Assembly (NCBI GenBank): GCA_030264375.1
Contig: JASCQW010000032.1
Coordinates: forward strand, 31,197,022-31,261,021
Direction of reading: 5' to 3'
Length of the DNA: 64,000 nt
Source: Carcharhinus longimanus
Taxonomy: Eukaryota
Position numbers and translations under genes: made by a program. This document shows positions 27,140-40,914 of the stretch, in pieces. Within the stretch, counting starts at the first letter, position 1; each line of letters starts with the position of its first letter. The notes under the pieces are model-generated. The model ran no database searches and was not told the DNA's origin. It was given only the letters and a program-made list of their open reading frames with translations.

Positions 27140-27555
27140 GACAGGCTTAAGTTGTTTTTGTTGGAGCAGAGAAGACTGAGGGATGACTTGATTGAGGGTA
27201 CAAGATTATGAGGGGCTTGGACAGACTGGATAGAGAGCAGCTATTCCCCTTAGTTGAAGGGTCAATCACGAGGGGACAAAAGTTCGAGGTGAGGGGCAGG
27301 AAATTTAGAGGGGAATGTGAGGAAAAACCTTTTTGCACAGAGGGTGATGAAGGTCTGGAATGCACTAACTGGGAGGGTGGTAGAGGCGGGTTGCCTCACG
27401 ACCTTTTAAAAAAACCTGGATGAGTTCTTGGCATGACATTACATACAAGGCTATGGGCCAAGTGCTGGGGAGTGGAATTAAGTGGGAGGTCTTGTGTGCC
27501 AGTGTAGAGCTGATGATCCAAAGGGCTGCTTCAGCACTGTATGATTCAATGATTC
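27140..27555 (+). mobile_element. CR1/HER1-like 3' end
   Basis: ORF 27208: MRGLDRLDREQLFPLVEGSITRGQKFEVRGRKFRG; tail gcactgtatgattcaatgattct. Confidence 0.85.
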
Positions 27556-30500
27556 TACACGTAACTTTTTTTTTAGGACCTACCCTTTCTCTCGGTGTGA
27601 GTAAAGCTTTCCTCCTTAAGTTACAGTCTGACTCATGAAGAAACACATATGGGCGCATATAAGTTGACAACTTTCATCCTCAGCTGTAGCTATCCCACTG
27701 ACATTCCTCACCAGTGAAAGCAAACAGATGGCACATATAATGGGTGGCTGCTCTGCCCATGTCAACATGGGAAGATTAACCCCATGTTGTGAATCCCCAA
27801 TTAGACACCAGATAGAACCATGCACTTCAATAACTTGACTTCAGCATGCAAGGGTGAAGACATTTTGTGATAAACATTGTTACATGGGAAGCTCAAGGGA
27901 ATACTCACATGCACTGTCAATCCAACCCCATTCTCTCCAGAGTGAAGTACTATAGGGAAAACATCTCTGGGAGATGTTTATTTTCTCAGCCCCACAGCCC
28001 GTCAGGCGAGACCCAGGACGCAACTTTCTGAAACCATCATCTCAGTTAACTCACCTGCCTTCTGTAACATTTGGTTTTTTGCCAACACCATGGGCCAGAT
28101 TTTCACTCTTGTGTTGGGACCTTGGCCTTGGGAACCTTTCTACAGTCAGACAAACACAGCGGGTGGAATTCTCCCCCAAGATTTCTAAGTGTTGAATTTA
28201 TGTGAAAACTGGAGTAATTCACACTGGTTTTCTTCATGGGAGTTCAGACTAGAATCTCCCACACTCTGTGCAAAGCGCGAATATCATTAAATTTCAGGGG
28301 GTGGGCCTATTCCTGCTGGAGAGGTTGAAATTAGTGTGCTGAGTGGGCTGTAGCACATGCACCCATCTGTCAGTGCATGCACTGCCAGTGATCGCTAACC
28401 AGCCCCGCGACCCCCACAACGATGGCTCTCCAACATCCCCCCATGGCCTGATTGCCATTTCCAGGTGCAGCCCGAACCCTTCTCCCACCACCCCCGCCAC
28501 TGATTCTCCCCTACGGTTACAGCTCCACCACCGCGGCCCCCCCCCCCCCCCCCCCCCCCCNNNNNNNNNNNNNNNNNNNNNNNNNNNNNNNNNNNNNNNN
28601 NNNNNNNNNNNNNNNNNNNNNNNNNNNNNNNNNNNNNNNNNNNNNNNNNNNNNNNNNNNNNNNNNNNNNNNNNNNNNNNNNNNNNNNNNNNNNNNNNNNN
28701 NNNNNNNNNNNNNNNNNNNNNNNNNNNNNNNNNNNNNNNNNNNNNNNNNNNNNNNNNNNNNNNNNNNNNNNNNNNNNNNNNNNNNNNNNNNNNNNNNNNN
28801 NNNNNNNNNNNNNNNNNNNNNNNNNNNNNNNNNNNNNNNNNNNNNNNNNNNNNNNNNNNNNNNNNNNNNNNNNNNNNNNNNNNNNNNNNNNNNNNNNNNN
28901 NNNNNNNNNNNNNNNNNNNNNNNNNNNNNNNNNNNNNNNNNNNNNNNNNNNNNNNNNNNNNNNNNNNNNNNNNNNNNNAATTTGCTTTTCCACTCATCTT
29001 CGTGTCATCAGCAAATTTCGTCACCCTACACTCAGCCCCCTCCTCCAGATCATCTGTATAAGTGGTAAACAGTTGAGAATTTTCAATCAGAATTTTCAAA
29101 TCGAGGCATTGCTGGGCTGGGAGCCAATATAAATCACTGAGTACAAGGATAAGAGATAGCAAAGCTATCAAGTGTTAGTTTTTTTTTAGTAGGAGGTCAC
29201 TATAATGCCAACAATATCGTACTTGCCTATTATGCTTCAAAATTTATGGGTATAAAATTCTGTCATTATATTTTCTGAGTCTGTGGCTGGGATTTTTTTT
29301 AGCCCTCTCACCAAGCCACCCCCCCCCCACCGAACAGTTAATAGCCATTTGCATTCTTTGCTGGTCGAGCCGCAGTGGGGTGCCGCTTTCAGTGGGACCA
29401 GAAGATCTTGCCGGCGGGAAGTGCTGGAAAATCCCAACCTCATCGACAGCACATTAAGCATAATACAGCAAAGCTACACGGACCTGTATCGCAGAGGCTT
29501 CACCGAGAGGCTTGGACTGCTTAGAAAGTTCAGAAATTGTAATCATTGTAATAATGGAAAAAATTATAATGCTATGCCTTGCCTCAAAAATATTTCCGCC
29601 CATTAGCAAGGTTTGGAATTGCCTTGCCTGAAAGAAATGATAGGAATGTCAACCAAAACCCAAATTTGCAAATAATCTGTGTATATATATTTTTATCCAG
29701 GGTCAATTGTACATCACTGAGTGGGAAATTTTGCTCACTTTACTCCTCATTCTTGAAATAAGGAGACACTGGTACCATTTATAGCACCATTTTTGGACAA
29801 GTCAACTGGAACTTCTCCTGGTGTATAAAACAGTCTTATTATATCCTGCGATTACTTTTTACAGCATTATAAATTCATCACCCATACAGAATAGTTTCTC
29901 TGGGAATGAATTACCCTCAACGGCACTTCCAGGTTAATATTCCAAAGGTGAGGCAAGTGATTTGACTTCCAACTTCTGCCTCAGCCCTGGCCACAGACCA
30001 GGAATTGGGAATTCTTATCCCAGTCCGAAAACTTGAACCCTGGCATTTAGAACTGATCAATTCAATAGGAGGTTTCTGGCACTGTCTAGTTTCACGCTTT
30101 TCTTTATAATTCAGTGAAGAGAAATCAATGGAAATGAAGGAAACTGCAAATGCAGGAAATCTGAAATAAAAACAGAAGCTTCTGGAAAATCCTCAGCATG
30201 TCAGTCAGCATCTGGTGCGAGTGAAACCAAGCTCCTGACTCAGGTCAATGATCTTTCATCAGAACTGGAAATAAAACATTAACGCAGTAGGTCGGAAGAA
30301 TCCCATGGCAGCTGATTCGTGGGGTTTGTGCGAGGTTTGTGCCCCGCTTGCATCTCCCAGCACCGGATCTCCGGCAGCGTCTGGTTCATACTAGAAATCG
30401 ACAGGGAGATGTGGAAATGATCAAATAATAATGTGCATATAATTTAAATGAGATTAGCGGGTCTAGGACTGAAGTGTTTGAGCTCACTAGCACCTCCATG

Positions 30501-31944
30501 GAATGGAATGATATTCACATTTGGAAATTCTTAAACAACCCCCTACATTGAGAAGAAACTGAAACATTACTACTTAAATAGGTTGCCCAATTCATAAATA
30601 AAAGTCACTATATGATTCTGCTTTTGATGAAATTAAATAAGAGTTTAAATTCCTAGTGATCAACTTAAATGAATTTTGCAACAAGATTTAAAGTTTTTAG
30701 TCTTTTACTGTAACAAAGAGCAACATTGACTAAATACTACTCAGGCAGCACCTAATGTTCTAAACTACAGAAAAGATAACTCTTATTAATGTGTTAACAT
30801 AACCAATAACTATTTGTTAATGTATATACTATACAACATGCTCGCCACAGGATTACAGTCTTAATAAAAAAACCTGAACATTTACTCCAAGCTTCTGAAT
30901 GGTTCACATTTCCCTGTTTCACTGAGTTGTAAAGTCCAGAAACCATCCCAAGTTCTCTCATCCAGTCCGCTGAGAATTCCCAAACTGACTTTCAGCAGAA
31001 CGTCCAATCCAATGATTTCTTCTCCTGGCCTCACCAGGACAAATCTCCACATTTTTTGGTTTGCTGTGGGATTTGTTCCTTCAACCAGAGACCATCCTCA
31101 TTCTGCATTCAGCCCGGTAGCTCACAGAGGACTGGCAGGCTTCCTTCCTCTGCTGACCACACCACTCCAACCTTTCCCTCACTTACTGTTGCACATTCTG
31201 TTCAAATCCTCTGAGATGGAAAATCTGTCCACTGTCAGCTCAGCTGTTCCTGCCTTTGTTTTCAGTTTTGAACATTTTGCACTTTGTTCTCAGCAAATCA
31301 CAATCTGGGTCCCTGGTCTCTGTAGGACCAAGCTTACAGGCTTTCCATTGGGCAGAACCCACCATAGATCACATGACATTTTTCATTATTCCATTTTAGC
31401 ATTGATTAAAGAGACAGTTTAAAACATAGCAATCTTTAAAAAAACCTTGTATTCTTCACCTTCTATGTTCCTTCTCCCCTTTGTGCTCTACGAAAAGTAT
31501 GTTTTGTCTGTATAATGTGCAGGAAAATATACATTTTGCAGTATCCCAGTACATGTGACAATAATAAATCAAATCAAATATTTATAATTCTTCTCTTTCA
31601 TAATGGACCTTCCAGTGTTAGAATCTTAAATGGTTTTACCAAAATAAAATTGATTTATTTGTAGATCTAGCTTCCTTTCCTGGAAATAACAGCAAAGTTT
31701 AGAAAGTAACAGCTAAACTACTTCTCTCACAGAGTGCATTTCTAACAGTATATACCTGCCTCTGTTTCTGTTTGTTATTTTTAGGCGATCAAAAGAACAT
31801 TGCATTGGTGGGTTTTCTACAAATTAATGCAATAAATAAACAATAAAATCCTTTTTCCAGTAGCGGTATGTATACTGTATGTGATTTGTGTAAAGCAAGT
31901 TGAATATTCCAAATAATTTCCCTTTTTTTTCTTGTTTTCGTTAG

Positions 31945-32154
31945 ATCCTTTAAGCTGCACTCAATACGGCACCTCCTACCAAAACAAAGATGTCTGGAAA
32001 CCGGAACCCTGTCAAATCTGTGTGTGTGATGAAGGGATAACACTTTGTGATGAAATCACCTGTGAGGAACTGTATGACTGTGATAGACCTATAATTCCAT
32101 TCGGAGAATGCTGTCCCATATGTCAATCTAGTGAATCAGACCGATATCCTGAAA
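31945..32154 (+). CDS. col5a2: Fibrillar collagen (COL5A2-like) exon 2, VWC domain, 210 nt, phase 1-1
   Basis: ttcgttag/ATCCT...GAAA/gtaagt; [70 protein letters not shown] has the 10-Cys clade-A collagen VWC pattern. The symbol is the best recalled match; orthology is not proven. Confidence 0.95.
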
Positions 32155-33564
32155 GTAAGTGACCTGCATTGTTTTAAACCATAAAGATTATTAAACATTT
32201 GGAATTCATTTTTCTTTCATTCGCATGGGATACTGATGTGGAAGCTGAGAATTCTAAAATTTCCTTCTGCAAGCATATTCTGTGATCAACAGTATTATGT
32301 ACACGCATAGACTAGGGTTGGGAATGTTTTGGACTTTTAGCCACTCTCCACATTTTCCCATCCCACCGCGATGATGCCCACTGCTGGCAGGGCCAGAAAA
32401 ATCCCACCCTCAGAGTTTGAAGTTCCTCTTCAAATAATTGTGCAGTATCTCTGGCTGGAATTTTCTCAGCCCTTTGGAATTGGACATGGCTGAGGGAAGG
32501 CTGGCAAAAAGACACAGGTATTTGTCGTGAGAATGGCTAATACTTTCCGCCATAGAGCCCTTTTGCCAACAGCAGGAAAATTAGCGGTTTGAATGCCTCC
32601 TCATGGGAGACCTGTTGGTGGGACTCGGCAAACTCTTTGTGGGATGCAAGGGCAGACCCTCCCCTCTCCTTATTTCATGACAAAACCACCATTAGTGCTC
32701 AGCAACCCCTCTTCCCCTCCCCTCCAGTCACTGTGGCCCTTTGCCTGGTGCCAGGATTCTCAAACCCCACTAATGTGTCTTTAAGGACACCAGACCTTTG
32801 AGGCATCCTTTCCTTTGCCTCAGCAATGGACACTGCTGCCGGTGACACTACTGCTATTGAGCAGGCAGCTCTTGGGTCTGAGTCTTTGCTTGTGGCAGGA
32901 TCTTCCAGTCCCACTGCTGTCAACGTGGTTTCCCATTGTTTGCACCCTCCGTTGTCAGTGTGCCCATGGCAGCGGCTCACCGTTGGTGGGATCAGATGAT
33001 CCCACCAGAGGGGATAACCAGAAAATCCTGCCCTAACTTTTATTAATTATTGGTCCAAAATAAATGGTCATCAGCTACCATTTTGTTCACTCCCTTAATC
33101 TAGTGATGCTTCTTTGTAATTTGACATCCCCAGCGACATTACTTGCTAAACCACTGACCTTTGCATCATTGGCAAACTTGGTTTATTCTGCCCTAAGCGT
33201 GTGATCTTACCTGCCGTTCACATCACACTCCCGCTACAGCAAGCTCGGAGAATTTGATGCCCATCCAAATCTCTGTTCACTGCAGTGAGATGAGATGTGA
33301 ACGGTGATAAGATTCCACCCTAAGTCTTTAAAAAATAGTTGCGGTTCCATGGTAGACCTTACTGGATGGCATTATGAAGGAATGATTTAACATGTAGATA
33401 TCTTTGGCTTGTGTTCATACCAAAATCAATACTAGCATTGTTTTTAGTGGATTTTGCAATTTCCCCAAGTATGCAGAGTAATCTATATTCTATACCCCAG
33501 CTAGAATATGTTAGAAAGTATTGTTAATTATATTAGTGGATGAATATTTAAAATAGCCCATGGA

Positions 33565-33840
33565 ACCATAGAATCCCTCCAGTGCAGAAAGAGGTCATTT
33601 GGCCCATCAAGTCTGTACCAATTCTCCAAAAAAACATCCCACCCAGGCCCTCCCCTCCCCTCTCCTTCCATTCCCTCCCCTCCCCTTCCCTTCCCTCTTG
33701 CCCTCCCCTCCTCTCCCCTCCACCTTTATCCCATTAACCCTGTGCATTTTCGATGCCTAAACCACCTAACTTACACATCGTTGGACACTAAGGTGTAATT
33801 TAACTTGGCCAATTCAGCTGACTTGCACATCTTTGGACAG
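33565..33840 (-). mobile_element. HE1-like V-SINE fragment with an internal (CCCCT/CCCTT)n tract
   Basis: Tail agaatccctccagtgcagaa, polypyrimidine tract at 33650-33722, V-domain. Confidence 0.7.
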
Positions 33841-33894
33841 ATGACAGATGACATTGTGCTATTAGCCTGATTTTGGGTGTCACAATGTGCGTGG

Positions 33895-34470
33895 GTGACA
33901 CAGTGGTTAGCACTGCTGCCTCACAGTGCCAGGGACCCCGGTTTGATTCCTGGCTTGGGTTTGTGCGGAGTCTGCTCTTTCTCCCTGTGACGTGCTTGCT
34001 AGGTGCATTATGTTGTTCAGAGAGGTTGGATAAGTTTGGGTGGTTTTGGTTGGAGCAGAGAAGATTGATGGGCAACCTGATCGAGGTGTACAAGATTATG
34101 AGAGAAATGGACAGACTGAATAAGGAGCAGCTGTTCCCTTTAGTTGAAGGGTCAGTCACAAGGGGATACAAATTCAAGGTGGGGGGCAGGAAATTTAGGG
34201 GGCATGTGAGAAAGAACTTTTTACTCAGGAGATGGTGACAGTCTGGAATGCGCTGCCGGGGAGGGTGGTAGAGACGATTGCCTCACAACCTTTAAAAATA
34301 CCTGGATGAGCACTTGGCACATCATAACATTCCTAGCTATGGGCCAAGTGCTGGTAAATGGGACGGTCATTAGGTGGGATGGGAGATGGGAGGTCAGGTG
34401 TTTCTCACGTGTCAGTGCAGATTTGATGGCCCGAAGGGCCTCTTGTCCACTATATGATTCTATGATTCAT
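33895..34470 (+). mobile_element. V-SINE head joined to a CR1 3' end
   Basis: SINE head to ~33995, then ERLDKFGWFWLEQRRLMGNLIEVYKIMREMDRLNKEQLFPLV and a tatgattctatgattc tail. Confidence 0.8.
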
Positions 34471-35249
34471 TTTTTGCCAAGATGAAACATTAGATATTGA
34501 CCTGATACTGATGACAATTAATAAACCTATCTTATTGTGTGCATGTTCATCCTCTTCACATCACAATATCAACCACTACACCTTGAGCAGTACATATAAG
34601 CCCCAGTGGTCAAATTTTTTTATTCAGCTGTGGGACATGGCCAGCATTTTTTTGCCCATCCTTAGTTGCCCTTGAGAAGGTGGTGGCGAGCTGCCCTTCT
34701 TAACTCGCTGCAGTCCATGTGCTGTGGGTGGACCCACAATGCTGTGAGGGAGGGAATTCCAGGATTTTGACCCTGTGACTGCGAAGGAACGGCGATATAT
34801 TTCCAGGTCAGGATTAACTAAATTACAACATTTCTCTTCTTCTGGAACAGTTGCCTAAGATGGCATTGTTTTGTAAGCTCAGCAGAGGGCACCTCATGCA
34901 CTGGTTGTAGTACTAAGGTGATTATAAATGGTGCATAGGAAACAACATTTCCCCATAACATACCTTTTACATCAATATATTAGTCCATTCAACAATGGTT
35001 CACAAATAATTGCCTGTATTCTGTGTACAATCATTAAAATTTAAATGCCAACCACTCAATCCCAGTGGAGAACCTGTTCTATTTCTAAATTAAGTCTATT
35101 TCTACAGTTTATTATCTGGAGAATTATTGATTGGATTATATGAACAAAGAAACAGTTTATCAACAGGATAGTCAAATGTTGCAATAATTCTATTTGCCAA
35201 ATATTTAAATTCTAAACAATGGTTGGGAATTTACTTTAAAAAGGTTCAT

Positions 35250-35585
35250 GTCATGATACTTGTAACCCCCATCATTTTGCCTGGGTTTGCAAAATCCTAC
35301 AAACTATTCTGCCTTGAGACAATTCACACCTTTTTAATTTGTGATTGTCCCTCTCTCCAAGCACACTGTTTGTACCTGCAAAGACTTGATTACCTGTAAA
35401 GACTTGCATTCCAGCCATTCTTCACATTCCAATCTGTTACTATCTTGCAATTGTGTCTTTGCCTATATATGCCGTGTTTGTGAGCTAACCTCCACTCACC
35501 TGATGAAGGAGCAGTGCTCTGAAAGCTCATGATTCCAAATAAACCTGTCGGACGTTGACCTGGTACTGTGAGACTTGTTGCTGTG
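35250..35585 (+). mobile_element. Interspersed repeat end (Penelope-like terminus)
   Basis: cacctgatgaaggagcagtgctctgaaagctc...aataaacctgtcggac; a short related piece lies at 21022-21063. Class assignment uncertain. Confidence 0.45.
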
Positions 35586-36384
35586 TCCACTCTAAAAATG
35601 CAGCAATGTGGGAGACAAGCCTGCAACATGCATTTGAAAATGAAGGCTTGAAGTTGGCCGGAGACTGTGAGCATCAGGCTGCGTCTCTCTAATACCAGTC
35701 TGGCACCACAATGCAGTTCACCCATTGGAGTCTTTGAAAATTCAACTGCTCTAACATGAAGCTGGCCTGAGGGTAAGTCCAACATGGGGCTCCAGCAATG
35801 GATTGTGATAAAGCTGGTGTTGCTGAAACAGCATGCCTGCATGGAGGAAAAGGCAGGTATCCAAATGCGTTCGAGACCAGCTGGCAGTGAAATGAAGTGA
35901 AGGAAATTTCTGAACTTTTATCATTAAAATTGATTCTCCCCAATTAATGAAAGGGAAACATTTACTGTAAGTAAAAATAGAACTAAGACTTACCTATTCC
36001 TCCGTTGCCTCCAGTGGCTCAGATTTGCAGAACTCGGCATCAGAGTTCGAAAGCAAGCATTATGTTCAAGGTGGGTGGTTCAGGAAACCAACTCTTGCTT
36101 TAGGCTGGCACACACTGAGCAGTTCTGGAGAAAACTGAGTGTAAAAAATTGGCCCCCCAACTTCCATTGCTCATTCGGAACGGATATGAACCATTTGCTC
36201 TCCATCCGTCCCTCAGAACATAACATCAAGAGCATTTCCCTTGCTTGCATTCCAAAATGTACTACATTAAAATTTATTTGTCTCAGTCACAAACATTCCC
36301 ATAACCAAACATGAATCTTTGATCAATGTGCTTTGATATTAAAAGAATATGTTTCTAATATGAACCATTTTTCTTTTTCAGTAG

Positions 36385-36398
36385 GTAGAGGAGAAAAG
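36385..36398 (+). CDS. col5a2: Collagen exon 3 micro-exon (14 nt; 17 nt if the upstream CAG is used, start 36382)
   Basis: ttctttttcagtag/GTAGAGGAGAAAAG/gtaaga; converts phase 1 to phase 0 giving (S)RGEK, cf. human COL5A2 GRGRK. Confidence 0.88.
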
Positions 36399-37667
36399 GT
36401 AAGAACATTTTGTAAATATTCTACTGACATAAAAATAAATATTAATTTTGCAATTGTAAGAAGATTGCGATGCGTAACTTCTGTTTTAAAACATTGGATG
36501 TAACATCTGTCTCGGGAGGGTAGTGCAGAATGGGCAATGATACACTCTGTCATAGACTAAAAACTGGTTGTAAATGAGATTTGCTGGTGTCCACTTTATG
36601 CTATCACTCAAGTCAAATTTCATCACATCGTATTTCGATTTCCAACATCCAAGAGACTACAAAAGACAATCATGCATTTGTTGTTTAGGATGGAAATTGA
36701 AAAGGGAATCAGGCAAAGTTTGTGAAAGTTTTTTTTATGACAATAATGTTGGCTGCATGAAGATAATTAGATACCAGTGGTGATCATTAATGGAGTCATT
36801 TGTGCTGGCTTTTTTTTTTATTCACTCGTGGGATGTGGACATTGTTGGCTGGGCCAACATTTGTTGGCCATCCCTAATTGCTCTTGAGCTGAGTGGCCTT
36901 TCAAAGACTATGGATCTGGTATCGCATGCAGACCAGATCAGGTAAAGAAGGCTATTCCTTCCTTCGAAAGTCAGCAAACTAGATAGGTTTTTTACAATTC
37001 ACAATGATTTCATGATCATCATCAGACTTTTAATTTTAGATTTTTATAGCCACGGTGGGATTTGAACCTAGGTCTCTGGATTACTAGACTAGTGACAATG
37101 CTACTATGTTATTGCTTCCTGTAATTGTTCCTCTACAGCTGAATATAGGATTTGGTAAAAGATTAACATTTAATGTGCCCAATCATTTGCTCAGAAAATA
37201 TCACATATGCACCATTTTCAATGTTTATTGAATTTGTGCCTGTTGGACTCTCTCTGTCTTCGTAAATATGAGTGTCAGTGAAGAAATGACTCTTATTACT
37301 TTCTCACACTGTTTGATGTTAAAATATTGGCTGATATTTTACGACCTCGTAAAATCCCGCCCAAGGCCAATGGAGAATTTCTGTGAGCCACACCTGCCCT
37401 GATTCTGGAGCGGGCCATTAACTCAGAAATTGAAAAGGAAAGATAAGAATGATTAGAGGGGGCAGCAGACTTGCAGCCTGACTTGTAAACATGGAGGTGT
37501 AGGGTCACATTAAAAATCCAATTAAAAATCTCAGGCTCATCATACAATAACACCGGTAGGTAAAAATTATGTTCCAGTTATGTATGAAAGGATTACAACT
37601 TGCGGATAAAGTACTTGTGGAAACAGATGGTTCTTCCAATCTGAATCAATTCTGCTCTCTCCAACAG

Positions 37668-37700
37668 GGACAGAAAGGTGAGCCAGGTGAAGTCCGCAGA
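37668..37700 (+). CDS. col5a2: Collagen exon 4 (33 nt) GQKGEPGEVRR
   Basis: ctctctccaacag/GGACAG...CGCAGA/gtaagt. Confidence 0.95.
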
Positions 37701-37968
37701 GTAAGTGATTTAAAATGCTTTTTATTTTAATGCTTTCCTGGCTTATCCATTTTTTGGCCTGTTTGATACATTTGTTTTTGTATTATGTGACACATTTCCG
37801 AAGCTATACAGTTAAATACCTAGAGTAACTCTTTAATGTAAACAACAACAGAATACTTGAGTAACTTTAATGGAAAAAGAAGAACGAGAATTTCAGACAC
37901 AAGTAGAACTATTGATACCTTCTACTGTTACTTTGTGGCCTCTCATTGATTCTTTCCATGTTTATCAG

Positions 37969-38001
37969 GTTGTTGGAATACGAGGACCTCCAGGTGCAGC
38001 A
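37969..38001 (+). CDS. col5a2: Collagen exon 5 (33 nt) VVGIRGPPGAA
   Basis: tttatcag/GTTGTT...GCAGCA/gtaagt; cf. COL5A2 VTGIRGRPGPA. Confidence 0.95.
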
Positions 38002-38164
38002 GTAAGTGGTACCTTAATATCTTTGTGCTCTCCTAAGTATTAATCGAAAATTGTACATAAAATCACGTCTGAGTATTAATCTTCAATAAATCAGATCAAC
38101 AAAAATATTAACAATTTAAAAATGTGTGTCAAAACTTTCAAACTGGAGTGCTGCAACAGTGAAT

Positions 38165-38812
38165 AGTGCATGTGCATAGATCCCTGAAAGTTGGCACCCA
38201 TGTTATTAGGATTGTTAAGAAGATGGTGAGTTAGCTTTTATTGGTAGAAGGATTGAGTTTAGGAGCCATGAGGTCATGTTGCAGCTGTACAAACCTCTGG
38301 TGCGGCCGCACTTGGAGTATTGCATACTGTTCTGGTTGCCACATTATAGGAAGGATGTGGAAGCATTGGAAAGGGTGCAGAGATTTACCAGGATGTTGCC
38401 CACTGTGGTAGGAAGGTCTTATGAGGAAAGGCTGAGGGACTTGAGGCTGTTTTCGTTAGAGAGAAGAAGGTGAAGAGGTGACTTAATAGAGGCATGTAAG
38501 ATAATCAGAGGATTAGATAGGGTGGACAGTGAGAGTCTTTTTCCTCAGATGGAGATGGCTAGCATGAGGGGACATAGCTTTAAATTGATAGATATAGGAC
38601 AGATGTCACAGGTAGGTTATTTACTCAGAGAGTAGTAAGAGCGTGGAATGTCCTGCCTGCAACAGTTGTGGATTTGCCAACATTAAGGGCATTTAAACAT
38701 ATGGATGATATTGGAATAGTGTAGGTTGGATGGGCTTTAGATTGGTTTCACAGGTCGGTGCAACATCGAGGGCCGAAGGGTCTGTACTGCCCTGTTATGT
38801 TCTATGTTCTAT
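38165..38812 (+). mobile_element. CR1 3' fragment
   Basis: ORF 38276: [35 protein letters not shown]; tail (tgttcta)n. Confidence 0.9.
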
Positions 38813-40433
38813 GAAGTCCAATTTTAAGCCTGATTTTTGTATCAAATAGAGAAAATAGTTTAACAAAATAAAGATAATCATTTGTATTTTACTTTCCAAT
38901 TCCCTTCTCAGGCCCAGTGGTGCACTAAGGCAGATCTTGTCTGTTTCCATTGTTAGCAATTCCCAGAACAAGTTGCAAGACTGTTGCCAGGGGCTTATAG
39001 CTTGAGGGGCACCAATCCACATCAAGCATGGCTGATCAGGGGTCTCTCCTACTCTTACAGCCAACCATTAACATGTTGAAAAGGATTTGCAGGTTGACAC
39101 TCAACCCGTTTGATTGCTTTACGAATGCATCTTCTTTGGCCATCAGGACCTGGGTTGGGAGTCGAATCCGGAGCTTCTAACTCAGGGGCAGGGACATCAC
39201 CCACTGCACCACAAGACTTCCTCAACTTTGCTCCTAATATATTCTAATTAATTGAAATTTCTGATCGTGACTTTGAGCCCAGACGTATTTTTGTCTCTAT
39301 TGCTTGGTTCTTGCAACCATGCTGCTTACTAGAGAACTCTGGATACATGCATGTTTGGATACATGCATATTCAGAGTTGTCAATATCAATTGCATATTGA
39401 AACATTAGACAATGGGGTAAGGGAATTTCTGTTCTTCAGACAATCATTCTAAGGTCAGATAGGTTTACCAAAGTCCCTGGAGTTTGACACCATACTGCAT
39501 TTACACCTCCCATGTGATAGTAAGGTAGCACGTTACATCTTTCCTGAATATTAGTTCCATTGAAGCCAGCCCTGCCCACAAATCTTAATGGCCCATCCTA
39601 CACCAAAGTAATGAGCATCGCGTGTTTCCACTGTGACAAATTGGTTCATGGAGGGTTTTATGTACGTGATAAAACAAATGAGTTTGAGTGGTAACTTGAA
39701 CCATATCTTCACTGCTGCAACCCTCAGCCACTTGAAGTGCAATTTATGCTCATACTGCTGACCGCACCCAAAGCAGAAACCCTTTGAAAAATTCCTTTTA
39801 CTGTACTGAATTTTTTTTGTGTAGATTTCTGGAGCTAAAGGAAATTCTTGACTATTTCCTTTGCCTGGCTTTTTCAGAGACAGTTTAAGAATCCTCGGAA
39901 CCCTGGTCACCAGGAGTATTCATTCACAACGTTCTGCAGTGCGCAAATCCTTTAAAACACAGAAAGGTTAATATAGTATGCACAGACTGCAGTAATAAGA
40001 CAATATACTGCATTTAAATAAACCTGATCCAGCTTGCATCAGCTTGAACATATAATGGAGATAGGGAACAGCATGAAGCAATTGTACAAGACATATTGAT
40101 GGCACAAATGGCTCATGTAGAAAGTGGAGTACGAAGATGGTAAACAGGGTGGTAGCTGTAATATTTGGGAGGGAAAAGGTGACTTTGAAGCTATGGTGCC
40201 CAAAGTTGTTCTTCATATGGAATTTTTTTGTGTTATGTCTGTATTTTACAGATTAGTTGATCACAGATTAATTTGCTGTTATTAATTAATAACTCATTAC
40301 CATTGTAACATGCATCTGGTAGGGTGGCAGAAAGGGAACCAGACTAATGTCAGTCCTTTTCTCATTTTTCTTTTCCTATATGTTGTCCTCAAAATGGAAT
40401 TTATTGTAAAAAGAAACTTGTTTATTTTTGCAG

Positions 40434-40487
40434 GGACCACCAGGTTCGCAAGGACCGAGGGGCCTAGAAGGGCCAAAAGGACCACCC
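40434..40487 (+). CDS. col5a2: Collagen exon 6 (54 nt) GPPGSQGPRGLEGPKGPP
   Basis: tttttgcag/GGACCA...CCACCC/gtgagt; cf. COL5A2 GPPGSQGPRGERGPKGRP. Confidence 0.95.
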
Positions 40488-40914
40488 GTGAGTAATGATA
40501 TGATTCTTTTCAACCCACACTCTATACAGAACATGTGATTTGTATCATAGCAAATAGCCTGAAGTGACTCAACCATGACTAATAGTATGCTCCAGAGAAG
40601 CTGGTAGGATTCTTTTCATAACCAATATCATATTATGAAATGACAAACTGCAATTATCCTAATATTACAGACATGACTTTAGAAGAGATCAAGAAAAATA
40701 GAAAATCATTTAACAATAGGTTTTCTTGGTTCGTCCCATGGTTGATTTTGTGCACAAAGCACCATAGTGGTTGGAAATTGACAATTTGTTTGCTATAGCT
40801 CAAGGATAGAGTGAATTCATATGAGAGGAGAGAAAGCAAACCTGGGAATTTAATCAAAGCTTTGCAACTTTTCCTAACACCTTCATTCATTCTTGGAAAA
40901 CATTTTGTCTGTAG

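Noticed and set aside
28343-29171. Long ORFs of 200-420 aa in the track (also 41347, 47495, 62056)
   Set aside because: They are open only because they run through N gaps.
31012-31422. 136-aa ORF upstream of exon 2
   Set aside because: No recognisable domain or splice signals on either strand; cannot be supported as coding.
33650-33722. Polypyrimidine (CCCCT)n mirror repeat, and C/G runs at 28537, 45581, 49100 (H-DNA or G4 potential)
   Set aside because: They lie inside SINE or MITE copies or next to gaps; ordinary low-complexity expansions with unreliable lengths.
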